Below are positions 1 through 15,000 of a stretch of DNA of 64,000 nucleotides, in pieces (positions within the stretch are counted from its first letter, which is position 1; each line of letters begins with the position of its first letter). The DNA comes from Auanema rhodensis (taxonomy: Eukaryota > Animalia > Nematoda), in the NCBI GenBank assembly GCA_964057225.1, contig OZ059896.1, positions 6,758,001 through 6,822,000 of the forward strand, in the 5' to 3' direction. The notes beneath the pieces are model-generated. The model searched no databases. It was not told where the DNA came from and saw only the letters and a list, made by a program, of their open reading frames with translations. The translations under genes and the position numbers were made by a program.

Positions 1-3000
1 CTTTTTTCCGGAAACAGGAGAAGTCCGAGCAAAATCTTACTAAGATTTTCAGATTCTACACATCTGAATACCCAACCTTAGACTATTTTAGTTTTATTTT
101 AGTTGATGATCTTTGAGTAATTCGAACATTCACCGGGCACAACGTGCCTACAGCCTGAACTTTTTTGTGAACAAATCCTGTGGATGGTGTCGATATAAAC
201 CTTTTTTCCGGAAACAGGAGAAGTCCGAGCAAAATCTTACTAAGATTTTCAGATTCTACACATCTGAATACCCAACCTTAGACTATTTTAGTTTTATTTT
301 AGTTGATGATCTTTGAGTAATTCGAACATTCACCGGGCACAACGTGCCTACAGCCTGAACTTTTTTGTGAACAAATCCTGTGGATGGTGTCGATATAAAC
401 CTTTTTTCCGGAAACAGGAGAAGTCCGAGCAAAATCTTACTAAGATTTTCAGATTCTACACATCTGAATACCCAACCTTAGACTATTTTAGTTTTATTTT
501 AGTTGATGATCTTTGAGTAATTCGAACATTCACCGGGCACAACGTGCCTACAGCCTGAACTTTTTTGTGAACAAATCCTGTGGATGGTGTCGATATAAAC
601 CTTTTTTCCGGAAATAGGAAAACTCCGAGCGAAATCTTACTAAGATTTTCAGATTCTACACATCTGAATACCCAACCTTAGACTATTTTAGTTTTATTTT
701 AGTTGATGATCTTGGAGTAATTCGAACATTCACCGGGCACAACGTGCCTACAGCCTGAACTTTTTTGTGAACAAATCCTGTGGATGGTGTCGATATAAAC
801 CTTTTTTCCGGAAATAGGAAAACTCCGAGCGAAATCTTACTAAGATTTTCCGATTCTACACATCTGAATACCCAACCTTAGACTATTTTAGTTTTATTTT
901 AGTTGATGATCTTTGAGTAATTCGAACATTCACCGGGCACAACGTGCCTACAGCCTGAACTTTTTTGTGAACAAATCCTGTGGATGGTGTCGATATAAAC
1001 CTTTTTTCCGGAAACAGGAGAAGTCCGAGCAAAATCTTACTAAAATTTTCAGATTCTACACATCTGAATACCCAACCTTAGACTATTTTAGTTTTATTTT
1101 AGTTGATGATCTTTGAGTAATTCGAACATTCACCGGGCACAACGTGCCTACAGCCTGAACTTTTTTGTGAACAAATACTGTGGATGGTGCCGATATAAAC
1201 CTTTTTTCCGGAGATAGGAAAACTCCGAGCGAAATCTTACTAAGATTTTCAGATTCTACACATCTGAATACCCAACCTTAGACTATTTTAGTTTTATTTT
1301 AGTTGATGATCTTTGAGTAATTCGAACATTCACCGGGCACAACGTGCCTACAGCCTGAACTTTTTTGTGAACAAATACTGTGGATGGTGTCGATATAAAC
1401 CTTTTTTCCGGAAATAGGAAAACTCCGAGCGAAATCTTACTAAGATTTTCAGATTCTACACATCTGAATACCCAACCTTAGACTATTTTAGTTTTATTTT
1501 AGTTGATGATCTTTGAGTAATTCGAACATTCACCGGGCACAACGTGCCTACAGCCTGAACTTTTTTGTGAACAAATACTGTGGATGGTGTCGATATAAAC
1601 CTTTTTTCCGGAGATAGGAAAACTCCGAGCGAAATCTTACTAAGATTTTCAGATTCTACACATCTGAATACCCAACCTCAGACTATTTTAGTTTTATTTT
1701 AGTTGATGATCTTTGAGTAATTCGAACATTCACCGGGCACAACGTGCCTACAGCCTGAACTTTTTTGTGAACAAATCCTGTGGATGGTGTCGATATAAAC
1801 CTTTTTTCCGGAGATAGGAAAACTCCGAGCGAAATCTTACTAAGATTTTCAGATTCTACACATCTGAATACCCAACCTTAGACTATTTTAGTTTTATTTT
1901 AGTTGATGATCTTTGAGTAATTCGAACATTCACCGGGCACAACGTGCCTACAGCCTGAACTTTTTTGTGAACAAATACTGTGGATGGTGTCGATATAAAC
2001 CTTTTTTCCGGAGATAGGAAAACTCCGAGCGAAATCTTACTAAGATTTTCAGATTCTACACATCTGAATACCCAACCTTAGACTATTTTAGTTTTATTTT
2101 AGTTGATGATCTTTGAGTAATTCGAACATTCACCGGGCACAACGTGCCTACAGCCTGAACTTTTTTGTGAACAAATCCTGTGGATGGTGTCGATATAAAC
2201 CTTTTTTCCGGAAACAGGAGAAGTCCGAGCAAAATCTTACTAAGATTTTCAGATTCTACACATCTGAATACCCAACCTCAGACTATTTTAGTTTTATTTT
2301 AGTTGATGATCTTGGAGTAATTCGAACATTCACCGGGCACAACGTGCCTACAGCCTGAACTTTTTTGTGAACAAATACTGTGGATGGTGTCGATATAAAC
2401 CTTTTTTCCGGAAACAGGAGAACTCGGAGCAAAATCTCACTAATTTTTTCAGATTCTACACATCTGAATACCCAACCTTAGACTATTTTAGTTTTATTTT
2501 AGTTGATGATCTTGGAGTAATTCGAACATTCACCGGGCACAACGTGCCTACAGCCTGAACTTTTTTGTGAACAAATCCTGTGGATGGTGTCGATATAAAC
2601 CTTTTTTCCGGAAACAGGAGAAGTCCGAGCAAAATCTTACTAAGATTTTCAGATTCTACACATCTGAATACCCAACCTCAGACTATTTTAGTTTTATTTT
2701 AGTTGATGATCTTGGAGTAATTCGAACATTCACCGGGCACAACGTGCCTACAGTCTGAACTTTTTTGTGAACAAATACTGTGGATGGTGTCGATATAAAC
2801 CTTTTTTCCGGAAATAGGAAAACTCCGAGCGAAATCTTACTAAGATTTTCAGATTCTACACATCTGAATACCCAACCTTAGACTATTTTAGTTTTATTTT
2901 AGTTGATGATCTTGGAGTAATTCGAACATTCACCGGGCACAACGTGCCTACAGCCTGAATTTTTTTGTGAACAAATACTGTGGATGGTGTCGATATAAAC

Positions 3001-6000
3001 CTTTTTTCCGGAAATAGGAAAACTCCGAGCGAAATCTTACTAAGATTTTCAGATTCTACACATCTGAATACCCAACCTTAGACTATTTTAGTTCTATTTC
3101 AGTTGATGATCTTTGAGTAATTCGAACATTCACCGGGCACAACGTGACTACTGCCTGAACTTTTTTGTGAACAAATCCTGTGGATGGTGTCGATATAAAC
3201 CTTTTTTCCGGAAATAGGAAAACTCCGAGCGAAATCTTACTAAGATTTTCAGATTCTACACATCTGAATACCCAACCTTAGACTATTTTAGTTCTATTTC
3301 AGTTGATGATCTTTGAGTAATTCGAACATTCACCGGGTACAACGTGCCTACAGCCTGAACTTTTTTGTGAACAAATCCTGTGGATGGTGTCGATATAAAC
3401 CTTTTTTCCGGAAATAGGAAAACTCCGAGCGAAATCTTACTAAGATTTTCAGATTCTACACATCTGAATACCCAACCTTAGACTATTTTAGTTCTATTTC
3501 AGTTGATGATCTTGGAGTAATTCGAACATTCACCGGGCACAACGTGCCTACAGCCTGAATGTCGATATAAACCTTTTTTGTGTCGATATAAACCTTTTTT
3601 CCGGAAACAGGAGAACTCGGAGCAAAATCTCACTAATTTTTTCAGATTCTACACATCTGAATACCCAACCTTAGACTACTTTAGTTTTATTTTAGTTGAT
3701 GATCTTCGAGTAATTCGAACATTCACCGGGCACAACGTGCCTACAGCCTGAACTTTTTTGTGAACAAATCCTGTGGATGGTGTCGATATAAACCTTTTTT
3801 CCGGAAACAGGAGAACTCGGAGCAAAATCTCACTAATTTTTTCAGATTCTACACATCTGAATACCCAACCTTAGACTATTTTAGTTTTATTTTAGTTGAT
3901 GATCTTTGAGTAAATCGCAGATTCAACGGGCACAACGTGCCTACCGCCTGAACTTTTTTGTGAACAAATCTTGTGGATGGTGTCGATATAAACCTTTTTT
4001 CCGGAAACAGGAGAACTCGGAGCAAAATCTCACTAATTTTTTCAGATTCTACACATCTGAATACCCAACCTTAGACTATTTTAGTTTTATTTTAGTTGAT
4101 GATCTTGGAGTAATTCGAACATTCACCGGGCACAACGTGACTACAGCCTGAACTTTTTTGTGAACAAATCTTGTGGATGGTGTCGATATAAACCTTTTTT
4201 CCGGAAACAGGAGAACTCGGAGCAAAATCTCACTAATTTTTTCAGATTCTACACATCTGAATACCCAACCTTAGACTATTTTAGTTTTATTTTAGTTGAT
4301 GATCTTGGAGTAATTCGAACATTCACCGGGCACAACGTGCCTACAGCCTGAACTTTTTTGTGAACAAATACTGTGGATGGTGTCGATATAAACCTTTTTT
4401 CCGGAAATAGGAAAACTCCGAGCGAAATCTTACTAAGATTTTCAGATTCTACACATCTGAATACCCAACCTTAGACTATTTTAGTTTTATTTTAGTTGAT
4501 GATCTTCGAGTAATTCGAACATTCACCGGGCACAACGTGACTACAGCCTGAACTTTTTTGTGAACAAATCCTGTGGATGGTGTCGATCTAAACCTTTTTT
4601 CCGGAAGCAGGAGAACTCCGAGCAAAATCTTACTAAGATTTTCAGATTCTACACATCTGAATACCCAACCTTAGACTATTTTAGTTTTATTTTAGTTGAT
4701 GATCTTCGAGTAATTCGAACATTCACCGGGCACAACGTGACTACAGCCTGAACTTTTTTGTGAACAAATCCTGTGGATGGTGTCGATCTAAACCTTTTTT
4801 CCGGAAACAGGAGAACTCGGAGCAAAATCTCACTAATTTTTTCAGATTCTACACATCTGAATACCCAACCTTAGACTATTTTAGTTTTATTTTAGTTGAT
4901 GATCTTTGAGTAATTCGAACATTCACCGGGCACAACGTGACTACAGCCTGAACTTTTTTGTGAACAAATCTTGTGGATGGTGTCGATATAAACCTTTTTT
5001 CCGGAAACAGGAGAACTCGGAGCAAAATCTCACTAATTTTTTCAGATTCTACACATCTGAATACCCAACCTTAGACTATTTTAGTTTTATTTTAGTTGAT
5101 GATCTTTGAGTAATTCGAACATTCACCGGGCACAACGTGACTACAGCCTGAACTTTTTTGTGAACAAATCTTGTGGATGGTGTCGATATAAACCTTTTTT
5201 CCGGAAACAGGAGAACTCGGAGCAAAATCTCACTAATTTTTTCAGATTCTACACATCTGAATACCCAACCTTAGACTATTTTAGTTTTATTTTAGTTGAT
5301 GATCTTTGAGTAAATCGCAGATTCAACGGGCACAACGTGCCTACAGCCTGAACTTTTTTGTGAACAAATCCTGTGGATGGTGTCGATATAAACCTTTTTT
5401 CCGGAAACAGGAGAACTCGGAGCAAAATCTCACTAATTTTTTCAGATTCTACACATCTGAATACCCAACCTTAGACTATTTTAGTTTTATTTTAGTTGAT
5501 GATCTTTGAGTAATTCGAACATTCACCGGGCTCAACGTGACTACAGCCTGAACTTTTTTGTGAACAAATCTTGTGGATGGTGTCGATATAAACCTTTTTT
5601 CCGGAAACAGGAGAACTCGGAGCAAAATCTCACTAATGTTTTCAGATTCTACACATCTGAATACCCAACCTTAGACTATTTTAGTTTTATTTTAGTTGAT
5701 GATCTTTGAGTAATTCGAACATTCACCGGGCACAACGTGACTACAGCCTGAACTTTTTTGTGAACAAATCTTGTGGATGGTGTCGATATAAACCTTTTTT
5801 CCGGAAACAGGAGAACTCGGAGCAAAATCTCACTAATTTTTTCAGATTCTACACATCTGAATACCCAACCTTAGACTATTTTAGTTTTATTTTAGTTGAT
5901 GATCTTTGAGTAAATCGCAGATTCAACGGGCACAACGTGCCTACAGCCTGAACTTTTTTGTGAACAAATCCTGTGGATGGTGTCGATATAAACCTTTTTT

Positions 6001-9000
6001 CCGGAAACAGGAGAACTCGGAGCAAAATCTCACTAATTTTTTCAGATTCTACACATCTGAATACCCAACCTTAGACTATTTTAGTTTTATTTTAGTTGAT
6101 GATCTTTGAGTAAATCGCAGATTCACCGGGCACAACGTGACTACAGCCTGAACTTTTTTGTGAACAAATCTTGTGGATGGTGTCGATATAAACCTTTTTT
6201 CCGGAAACAGGAGAACTCGGAGCAAAATCTCACTAATTTTTTCAGATTCTACACATCTGAATACCCAACCTTAGACTATTTTAGTTTTATTTTAGTTGAT
6301 GATCTTTGAGTAAATCGCAGATTCAACGGGCACAACGTGCCTACAGCCTGAACTTTTTTGTGAACAAATCCTGTGGATGGTGTCGATATAAACCTTTTTT
6401 CCGGAAACAGGAGAACTCGGAGCAAAATCTCACTAATTTTTTCAGATTCTACACATCTGAATACCCAACCTTAGACTATTTTAGTTTTATTTTAGTTGAT
6501 GATCTTTGAGTAATTCGAACATTCACCGGGCTCAACGTGACTACAGCCTGAACTTTTTTGTGAACAAATCTTGTGGATGGTGTCGATATAAACCTTTTTT
6601 CCGGAAACAGGAGAACTCGGAGCAAAATCTCACTAATGTTTTCAGATTCTACACATCTGAATACCCAACCTTAGACTATTTTAGTTTTATTTTAGTTGAT
6701 GATCTTTGAGTAATTCGAACATTCACCGGGCACAACGTGACTACAGCCTGAACTTTTTTGTGAACAAATCTTGTGGATGGTGTCGATATAAACCTTTTTT
6801 CCGGAAACAGGAGAACTCGGAGCAAAATCTCACTAATTTTTTCAGATTCTACACATCTGAATACCCAACCTTAGACTATTTTAGTTTTATTTTAGTTGAT
6901 GATCTTTGAGTAAATCGCAGATTCAACGGGCACAACGTGCCTACAGCCTGAACTTTTTTGTGAACAAATCCTGTGGATGGTGTCGATATAAACCTTTTTT
7001 CCGGAAACAGGAGAACTCGGAGCAAAATCTCACTAATTTTTTCAGATTCTACACATCTGAATACCCAACCTTAGACTATTTTAGTTTTATTTTAGTTGAT
7101 GATCTTTGAGTAAATCGCAGATTCAACGGGCACAACGTGCCTACCGCCTGAACTTTTTTGTGAACAAATCTTGTGGATGGTGTCGATATAAACCTTTTTT
7201 CCGGAAACAGGAGAACTCGGAGCAAAATCTCACTAATTTTTTCAGATTCTACACATCTGAATACCCAACCTTAGACTATTTTAGTTTTATTTTAGTTGAT
7301 GATCTTTGAGTAAATCGCAGATTCAACGGGCACAACGTGCCTACAGCCTGAACTTTTTTGTGAACAAATCCTGTGGATGGTGTCGATATAAACCTTTTTT
7401 CCGGAAACAGGAGAACTCGGAGCAAAATCTCACTAATTTTTTCAGATTCTACACATCTGAATACCCAACCTTAGACTATTTTAGTTTTATTTTAGTTGAT
7501 GATCTTTGAGTAATTCGAACATTCACCGGGCACAACGTGACTACAGCCTGAACTTTTTTGTGAACAAATCTTGTGGATGGTGTCGATATAAACCTTTTTT
7601 CCGGAAAGAGGAGAACTCGGAGCAAAATCTCACTAATTTTTTCAGATTCTACACATCTGAATACCCAACCTTAGACTATTTTAGTTTTATTTTAGTTGAT
7701 GATCTTTGAGTAAATCGCAGATTCAACGGGCACAACGTGCCTACAGCCTGAACTTTTTTGTGAACAAATCCTGTGGATGGTGTCGATATAAACCTTTTTT
7801 CCGGAAACAGGAGAACTCGGAGCAAAATCTCACTAATTTTTTCAGATTCTACACATCTGAATACCCAACCTTAGACTATTTTAGTTTTATTTTAGTTGAT
7901 GATCTTTGAGTAATTCGAACATTCACCGGGCACAACGTGCCTACAGCCTGAACTTTTTTGTGAACAAATCTTGTGGATGGTGTCGATATAAACCTTTTTT
8001 CCGGAAACAGGAGAACTCGGAGGAAAATCTCACTAATTTTTTCAGATTCTACACATCTGAATACCCAACCTTAGACTATTTTAGTTTTATTTTAGTTGAT
8101 GATCTTTGAGTAATTCGAACATTCACCGGGCACAACGTGACTACAGCCTGAACTTTTTTGTGAACAAATCTTGTGGATGGTGTCGATATAAACCTTTTTT
8201 CCGGAAACAGGAGAACTCGGAGCAAAATCTCACTAATTTTTTCAGATTCTACACATCTGAATACCCAACCTTAGACTATTTTAGTTTTATTTTAGTTGAT
8301 GATCTTTGAGTAAATCGCAGATTCAACGGGCACAACGTGCCTACAGCCTGAACTTTTTTGTGAACAAATCCTGTGGATGGTGTCGATATAAACCTTTTTT
8401 CCGGAAACAGGAGAACTCGGAGCAAAATCTCACTAATTTTTTCAGATTCTACACATCTGAATACCCAACCTTAGACTATTTTAGTTTTATTTTACTTGAT
8501 GATCTTTGAGTAATTCGAACATTCACCGGGCACAACGTGCCTACAGCCTGAACTTTTTTGTGAACAAATCTTGTGGATGGTGTCGATATAAACCTTTTTT
8601 CCGGAAACAGGAGAACTCGGAGGAAAATCTCACTAATTTTTTCAGATTCTACACATCTGAATACCCAACCTTAGACTATTTTAGTTTTATTTTAGTTGAT
8701 GATCTTTGAGTAATTCGAACATTCACCGGGCACAACGTGCCTACAGCCTGAACTTTTTTGTGAACAAATCCTGTGGATGGTGTCGATATAAACCTTTTTT
8801 CCGGAAACAGGAGAACTCGGAGCAAAATCTCACTAATTTTTTCAGATTCTACACATCTGAATACCCAACCTTAGACTATTTTAGTTTTATTTTAGTTGAT
8901 GATCTTGGAGTAATTCGAACATTCACCGGGCACAACGTGACTACAGCCTGAACTTTTTTGTGAACAAATCTTGTGGATGGTGTCGATATAAACCTTTTTT

Positions 9001-12000
9001 CCGGAAACAGGAGAACTCGGAGCAAAATCTCACTAATTTTTTCAGATTCTACACATCTGAATACCCAACCTTAGACTATTTTAGTTTTATTTTAGTTGAT
9101 GATCTTGGAGTAATTCGAACATTCACCGGGCACAACGTGCCTACAGCCTGAACTTTTTTGTGAACAAATACTGTGGATGGTGTCGATATAAACCTTTTTT
9201 CCGGAAATAGGAAAACTCCGAGCGAAATCTTACTAAGATTTTCAGATTCTACACATCTGAATACCCAACCTTAGACTATTTTAGTTTTATTTTAGTTGAT
9301 GATCTTGGAGTAATTCGAACATTCACCGGGCACAACGTGACTACAGCCTGAACTTTTTTGTGAACAAATCTTGTGGATGGTGTCGATATAAACCTTTTTT
9401 CCGGAAACAGGAGAACTCGGAGCAAAATCTCACTAATTTTTTCAGATTCTACACATCTGAATACCCAACCTTAGACTATTTTAGTTTTATTTTAGTTGAT
9501 GATCTTTGAGTAATTCGAACATTCACCGTTCGCAACGTGCCTACAGCCTGAACTTTTTTGTGAACAAATCCTGTGGATGGTGTCGATATAAACCTTTTTT
9601 CCGGAAACAGGAGAAGTCCGAGCAAAATCTTACTAATTTTTTCAGATTCTACACATCTGAATACCCAACCTTAGACTATTTTAGTTTTATTTTAGTTGAT
9701 GATCTTTGAGTAATTCGAACATTCACCGGGCACAACGTGCCTACAGCCTGAACTTTTTTGTGAACAAATCTTGTGGATGGTGTCGATATAAACCTTTTTT
9801 CCGGAAACAGGAGAACTCGGAGCAAAATCTCACTAATTTTTTCAGATTCTACACATCTGAATACCCAACCTTAGACTATTTTAGTTTTATTTTAGTTGAT
9901 GATCTTTGAGTAATTCGAACATTCACCGGGCACAACGTACCTACAGCCTGAACTTTTTTGTGAACAAATCTTGTGGATGGTGTCGATATAAACCTTTTTT
10001 CCGGAAATAGGAAAACTCCGAGCGAAATCTTACTAAGATTTTCAGATTCTACACATCTGAATACCCAACCTTAGACTTTTTTTAGTTCTATTTCAGTTGA
10101 TGATCTTTGAGTAATTCGAACATTCACCGGGCACAACGTACCTACAGCCTGAACTTTTTTGTGAACAAATACTGTGGATGGTGTCGATATAAACCTTTTT
10201 TCCGGAAATAGGAAAACTCCGAGCGAAATCTTACTAAGATTTTCAGATTCTACACATCTGAATACCCAACCTTAGACTATTTTAGTTTTATTTTAGTTGA
10301 TGATCTTTGAGTAATTCGAACATTCACCGGGCACAACGTACCTACAGCCTGAATTTTTTTGTGAACAAATACTGTGGATGGTGTCGATATAAACCTTTTT
10401 TCCGGAAATAGGAAAACTCCGAGCGAAATCTTACTAAGATTTTCAGATTCTACACATCTGAATACCCAACCTTAGACTTTTTTTAGTTCTATTTCAGTTG
10501 ATGATCTTTGAGTAATTCGAACATTCACCGGGCACAACGTACCTACAGCCTGAACTTTTTTGTGAACAAATACTGTGGATGGTGTCGATATAAACCTTTT
10601 TTCCGGAAATAGGAAAACTCCGAGCGAAATCTTACTAAGATTTTCAGATTCTACACATCTGAATACCCAACCTTAGACTATTTTAGTTTTATTTTAGTTG
10701 ATGATCTTTGAGTAATTCGAACATTCACCGGGCACAACGTACCTACAGCCTGAATTTTTTTGTGAACAAATACTGTGGATGGTGTCGATATAAACCTTTT
10801 TTCCGGAAATAGGAAAACTCCGAGCGAAATCTTACTAAGATTTTCAGATTCTACACATCTGAATACCCAACCTTAGACTTTTTTTAGTTCTATTTCAGTT
10901 GATGATCTTTGAGTAATTCGAACATTCACCGGGCACAACGTGCCTACAGCCTGAACTTTTTTGTGAACAAATACTGTGGATGTTGTCGATATAAACCTTT
11001 TTTCCGGAGATAGGAAAACTCCGAGCGAAATCTTACTAAGATTTTCAGATTCTACACATCTGAATACCCAACCTTAGACTATTTTAGTTTTATTTTAGTT
11101 GATAATCTTTGAGTAATTCGAACATTCACCGGGCACAACGTGCCTACAGCCTGAACTTTTTTGTGAACAAATACTGTGGATGTTGTCGATATAAACCTTT
11201 TTTCCGGAAATAGGAAAACTCCGAGCGAAATCTTACTAAGATTTTCAGATTCTACACATCTGAATACCCAACCTCAGACTATTTTAGTTTTATTTTAGTT
11301 GATGATCTTTGAGTAATTCGAACATTCACCGGGCACAACGTACCTACAGCCTGAACTTTTTTGTGAACAAATACTGTGGATGGTGTCGATATAAACCTTT
11401 TTTCCGGAAATAGGAAAACTCCGAGCGAAATCTTACTAAGATTTTCAGATTCTACACATCTGAATACCCAACCTTAGACTATTTTAGTTTTATTTTAGTT
11501 GATGATCTTTGAGTAATTCGAACATTCACCGGGCACAACGTACCTACAGCCTGAATTTTTTTGTGAACAAATACTGTGGATGGTGTCGATATAAACCTTT
11601 TTTCCGGAAATAGGAAAACTCCGAGCGAAATCTTACTAAGATTTTCAGATTCTACACATCTGAATACCCAACCTTAGACTTTTTTTAGTTCTATTTCAGT
11701 TGATGATCTTTGAGTAATTCGAACATTCACCGGGCACAACGTGCCTACAGCCTGAACTTTTTTGTGAACAAATACTGTGGATGTTGTCGATATAAACCTT
11801 TTTTCCGGAGATAGGAAAACTCCGAGCGAAATCTTACTAAGATTTTCAGATTCTACACATCTGAATACCCAACCTTAGACTATTTTAGTTTTATTTTAGT
11901 TGATAATCTTTGAGTAATTCGAACATTCACCGGGCACAACGTGCCTACAGCCTGAACTTTTTTGTGAACAAATACTGTGGATGTTGTCGATATAAACCTT

Positions 12001-15000
12001 TTTTCCGGAAATAGGAAAACTCCGAGCGAAATCTTACTAAGATTTTCAGATTCTACACATCTGAATACCCAACCTTAGACTATTTTAGTTTTATTTTAGT
12101 TGATGATCTTGGAGTAATTCGAACATTCACCGGGCACAACGTGCCTACAGCCTGAACTTTTTTGTGAACAAATACTGTGGATGGTGTCGATATAAACCTT
12201 TTTTCCGGAAATAAGAAAACTCCGAGCGAAATCTTACTAAGATTTTCAGATTCTACACATCTGAATACCCAACCTTAGACTATTTTAGTTTTATTTTAGT
12301 TGATAATCTTTGAGTAATTCGAACATTCACCGGGCACAACGTGCCTACAGCCTGAACTTTTTTGTGAACAAATACTGTGGATGGTGTCGATATAAACCTT
12401 TTTTCCGGAAATAGGAAAACTCCGAGCGAAATCTTACTAAGATTTTCAGATTCTACACATCTGAATACCCAACCTTAGACTATTTTAGTTTTATTTTAGT
12501 TGATAATCTTTGAGTAATTCGAACATTCACCGGGCACAACGTGCCTACAGCCTGAACTTTTTTGTGAACAAATACTGTGGATGGTGTCGATATAAACCTT
12601 TTTTCCGGAAATAGGAAAACTCCGAGCGAAATCTTACTAAGATTTTCAGATTCTACACATCTGAATACCCAACCTTAGACTATTTTAGTTTTATTTTAGT
12701 TGATGATCTTGGAGTAATTCGAACATTCACCGGGCACAACGTGCCTACAGCCTGAACTTTTTTGTGAACAAATACTGTGGATGGTGTCGATATAAACCTT
12801 TTTTCCGGAAATAGGAAAACTCCGAGCGAAATCTTACTAAGATTTTCAGATTCTACACATCTGAATACCCAACCTTAGACTATTTTAGTTTTATTTTAGT
12901 TGATGATCTTGGAGTAATTCGAACATTCACCGGGCACAACGTGCCTACAGCCTGAACTTTTTTGTGAACAAATACTGTGGATGGTGTCGATATAAACCTT
13001 TTTTCCGGAAATAGAAAAACTCCGAGCGAAATCTTACTAAGATTTTCAGATTCTACACATCTGAATACCCAACCTTAGACTATTTTAGTTTTATTTTAGT
13101 TGATGATCTTTGAGTAATTCGAACATTCACCGGGCACAACGTGCCTACAGCCTGAACTTTTTTGTGAACAAATCCTGTGGATGGTGTCGATATAAACCTT
13201 TTTTCCGGAAATAGGAAAACTCCGAGCGAAATCTTACTAAGATTTTCAGATTCTACACATCTGAATACCCAACCTTAGACTATTTTAGTTTTATTTTAGT
13301 TGATGATCTTGGAGTAATTCGAACATTCACCGGGCACAACGTGCCTACAGCCTGAACTTTTTTGTGAACAAATACTGTGGATGGTGTCGATATAAACCTT
13401 TTTTCCGGAAATAGAAAAACTCCGAGCGAAATCTTACTAAGATTTTCAGATTCTACACATCTGAATACCCAACCTTAGACTATTTTAGTTTTATTTTAGT
13501 TGATGATCTTTGAGTAATTCGAACATTCACCGGGCACAACGTGCCTACAGCCTGAACTTTTTTGTGAACAAATCCTGTGGATGGTGTCGATATAAACCTT
13601 TTTTCCGGAAACAGGAGAACTCGGAGCAAAATCTCACTAATTTTTTCAGATTCTACACATCTGAATACCCAACCTTAGACTATTTTAGTTTTATTTTAGT
13701 TGATGATCTTTGAGTAATTCGAACATTCACCGGGCACAACGTGCCTACAGCCTGAACTTTTTTGTGAACAAATCCTGTGGATGGTGTCGATATAAACCTT
13801 TTTTCCGGAAATAGGAAAACTCCGAGCGAAATCTTACTAAGATTTTCAGATTCTACACATCTGAATACCCAACCTTAGACTATTTTAGTTTTATTTTAGT
13901 TGATGATCTTTGAGTAATTCGAACATTCACCGGGCACAACGTGCCTACAGCCTGAATTTTTTTGTGAACAAATCCTGTGGATGGTGTCGATATAAACCTT
14001 TTTTCCGGAAACAGGAGAAGTCCGAGCAAAATCTTACTAAGATTTTCAGATTCTACACATCTGAATACCCAACCTTAGACTATTTTAGTTTTATTTTAGT
14101 TGATGATCTTTGAGTAATTCGAACATTCACCGGGCACAACGTGCCTACAGCCTGAACTTTTTTGTGAACAAATCCTGTGGATGGTGTCGATATAAACCTT
14201 TTTTCCGGAAACAGGAGAAGTCCGAGCAAAATCTTACTAAGATTTTCAGATTCTACACATCTGAATACCCAACCTTAGACTATTTTAGTTTTATTTTAGT
14301 TGATGATCTTTGAGTAATTCGAACATTCACCGGGCACAACGTGCCTACAGCCTGAACTTTTTTGTGAACAAATCCTGTGGATGGTGTCGATATAAACCTT
14401 TTTTCCGGAAACAGGAGAAGTCCGAGCAAAATCTTACTAAGATTTTCAGATTCTACACATCTGAATACCCAACCTTAGACTATTTTAGTTTTATTTTAGT
14501 TGATGATCTTTGAGTAATTCGAACATTCACCGGGCACAACGTGCCTACAGCCTGAACTTTTTTGTGAACAAATCCTGTGGATGGTGTCGATATAAACCTT
14601 TTTTCCGAAAATAGGAAAACTCCGAGCGAAATCTTACTAAGATTTTCAGATTCTACACATCTGAATACCCAACCTTAGACTATTTTAGTTCTATTTCAGT
14701 TGATGATCTTTGAGTAATTCGAACATTCACCGGGCACAACGTGCCTACAGCCTGAACTTTTTTGTGAACAAATACTGTGGATGGTGTCGATATAAACCTT
14801 TTTTCCGGAAATAGAAAAACTCCGAGCGAAATCTTACTAAGATTTTCAGATTCTACACATCTGAATACCCAACCTTAGACTATTTTAGTTTTATTTTAGT
14901 TGATGATCTTTGAGTAATTCGAACATTCACCGGGCACAACGTGCCTACAGCCTGAACTTTTTTGTGAACAAATCCTGTGGATGGTGTCGATATAAACCTT

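Noticed and set aside
8-18. piRNA Ruby-like motif CTGTTTC on the minus strand of the monomer
   Set aside because: It reads CTGTTTCC rather than CTGTTTCA, is lost in many units, and the downstream sequence is invariant, unlike 21U loci.
78-83. TTAGAC telomere-variant hexamer in each monomer
   Set aside because: A single hexamer per 200 bp, not tandem, is expected by chance.
101-166. C/D-box snoRNA-like TGATGA...CTGA followed by T6 in each monomer
   Set aside because: The span is only about 55 nt, with poor kink-turn geometry, no C'/D' boxes and no recognisable rRNA guide.
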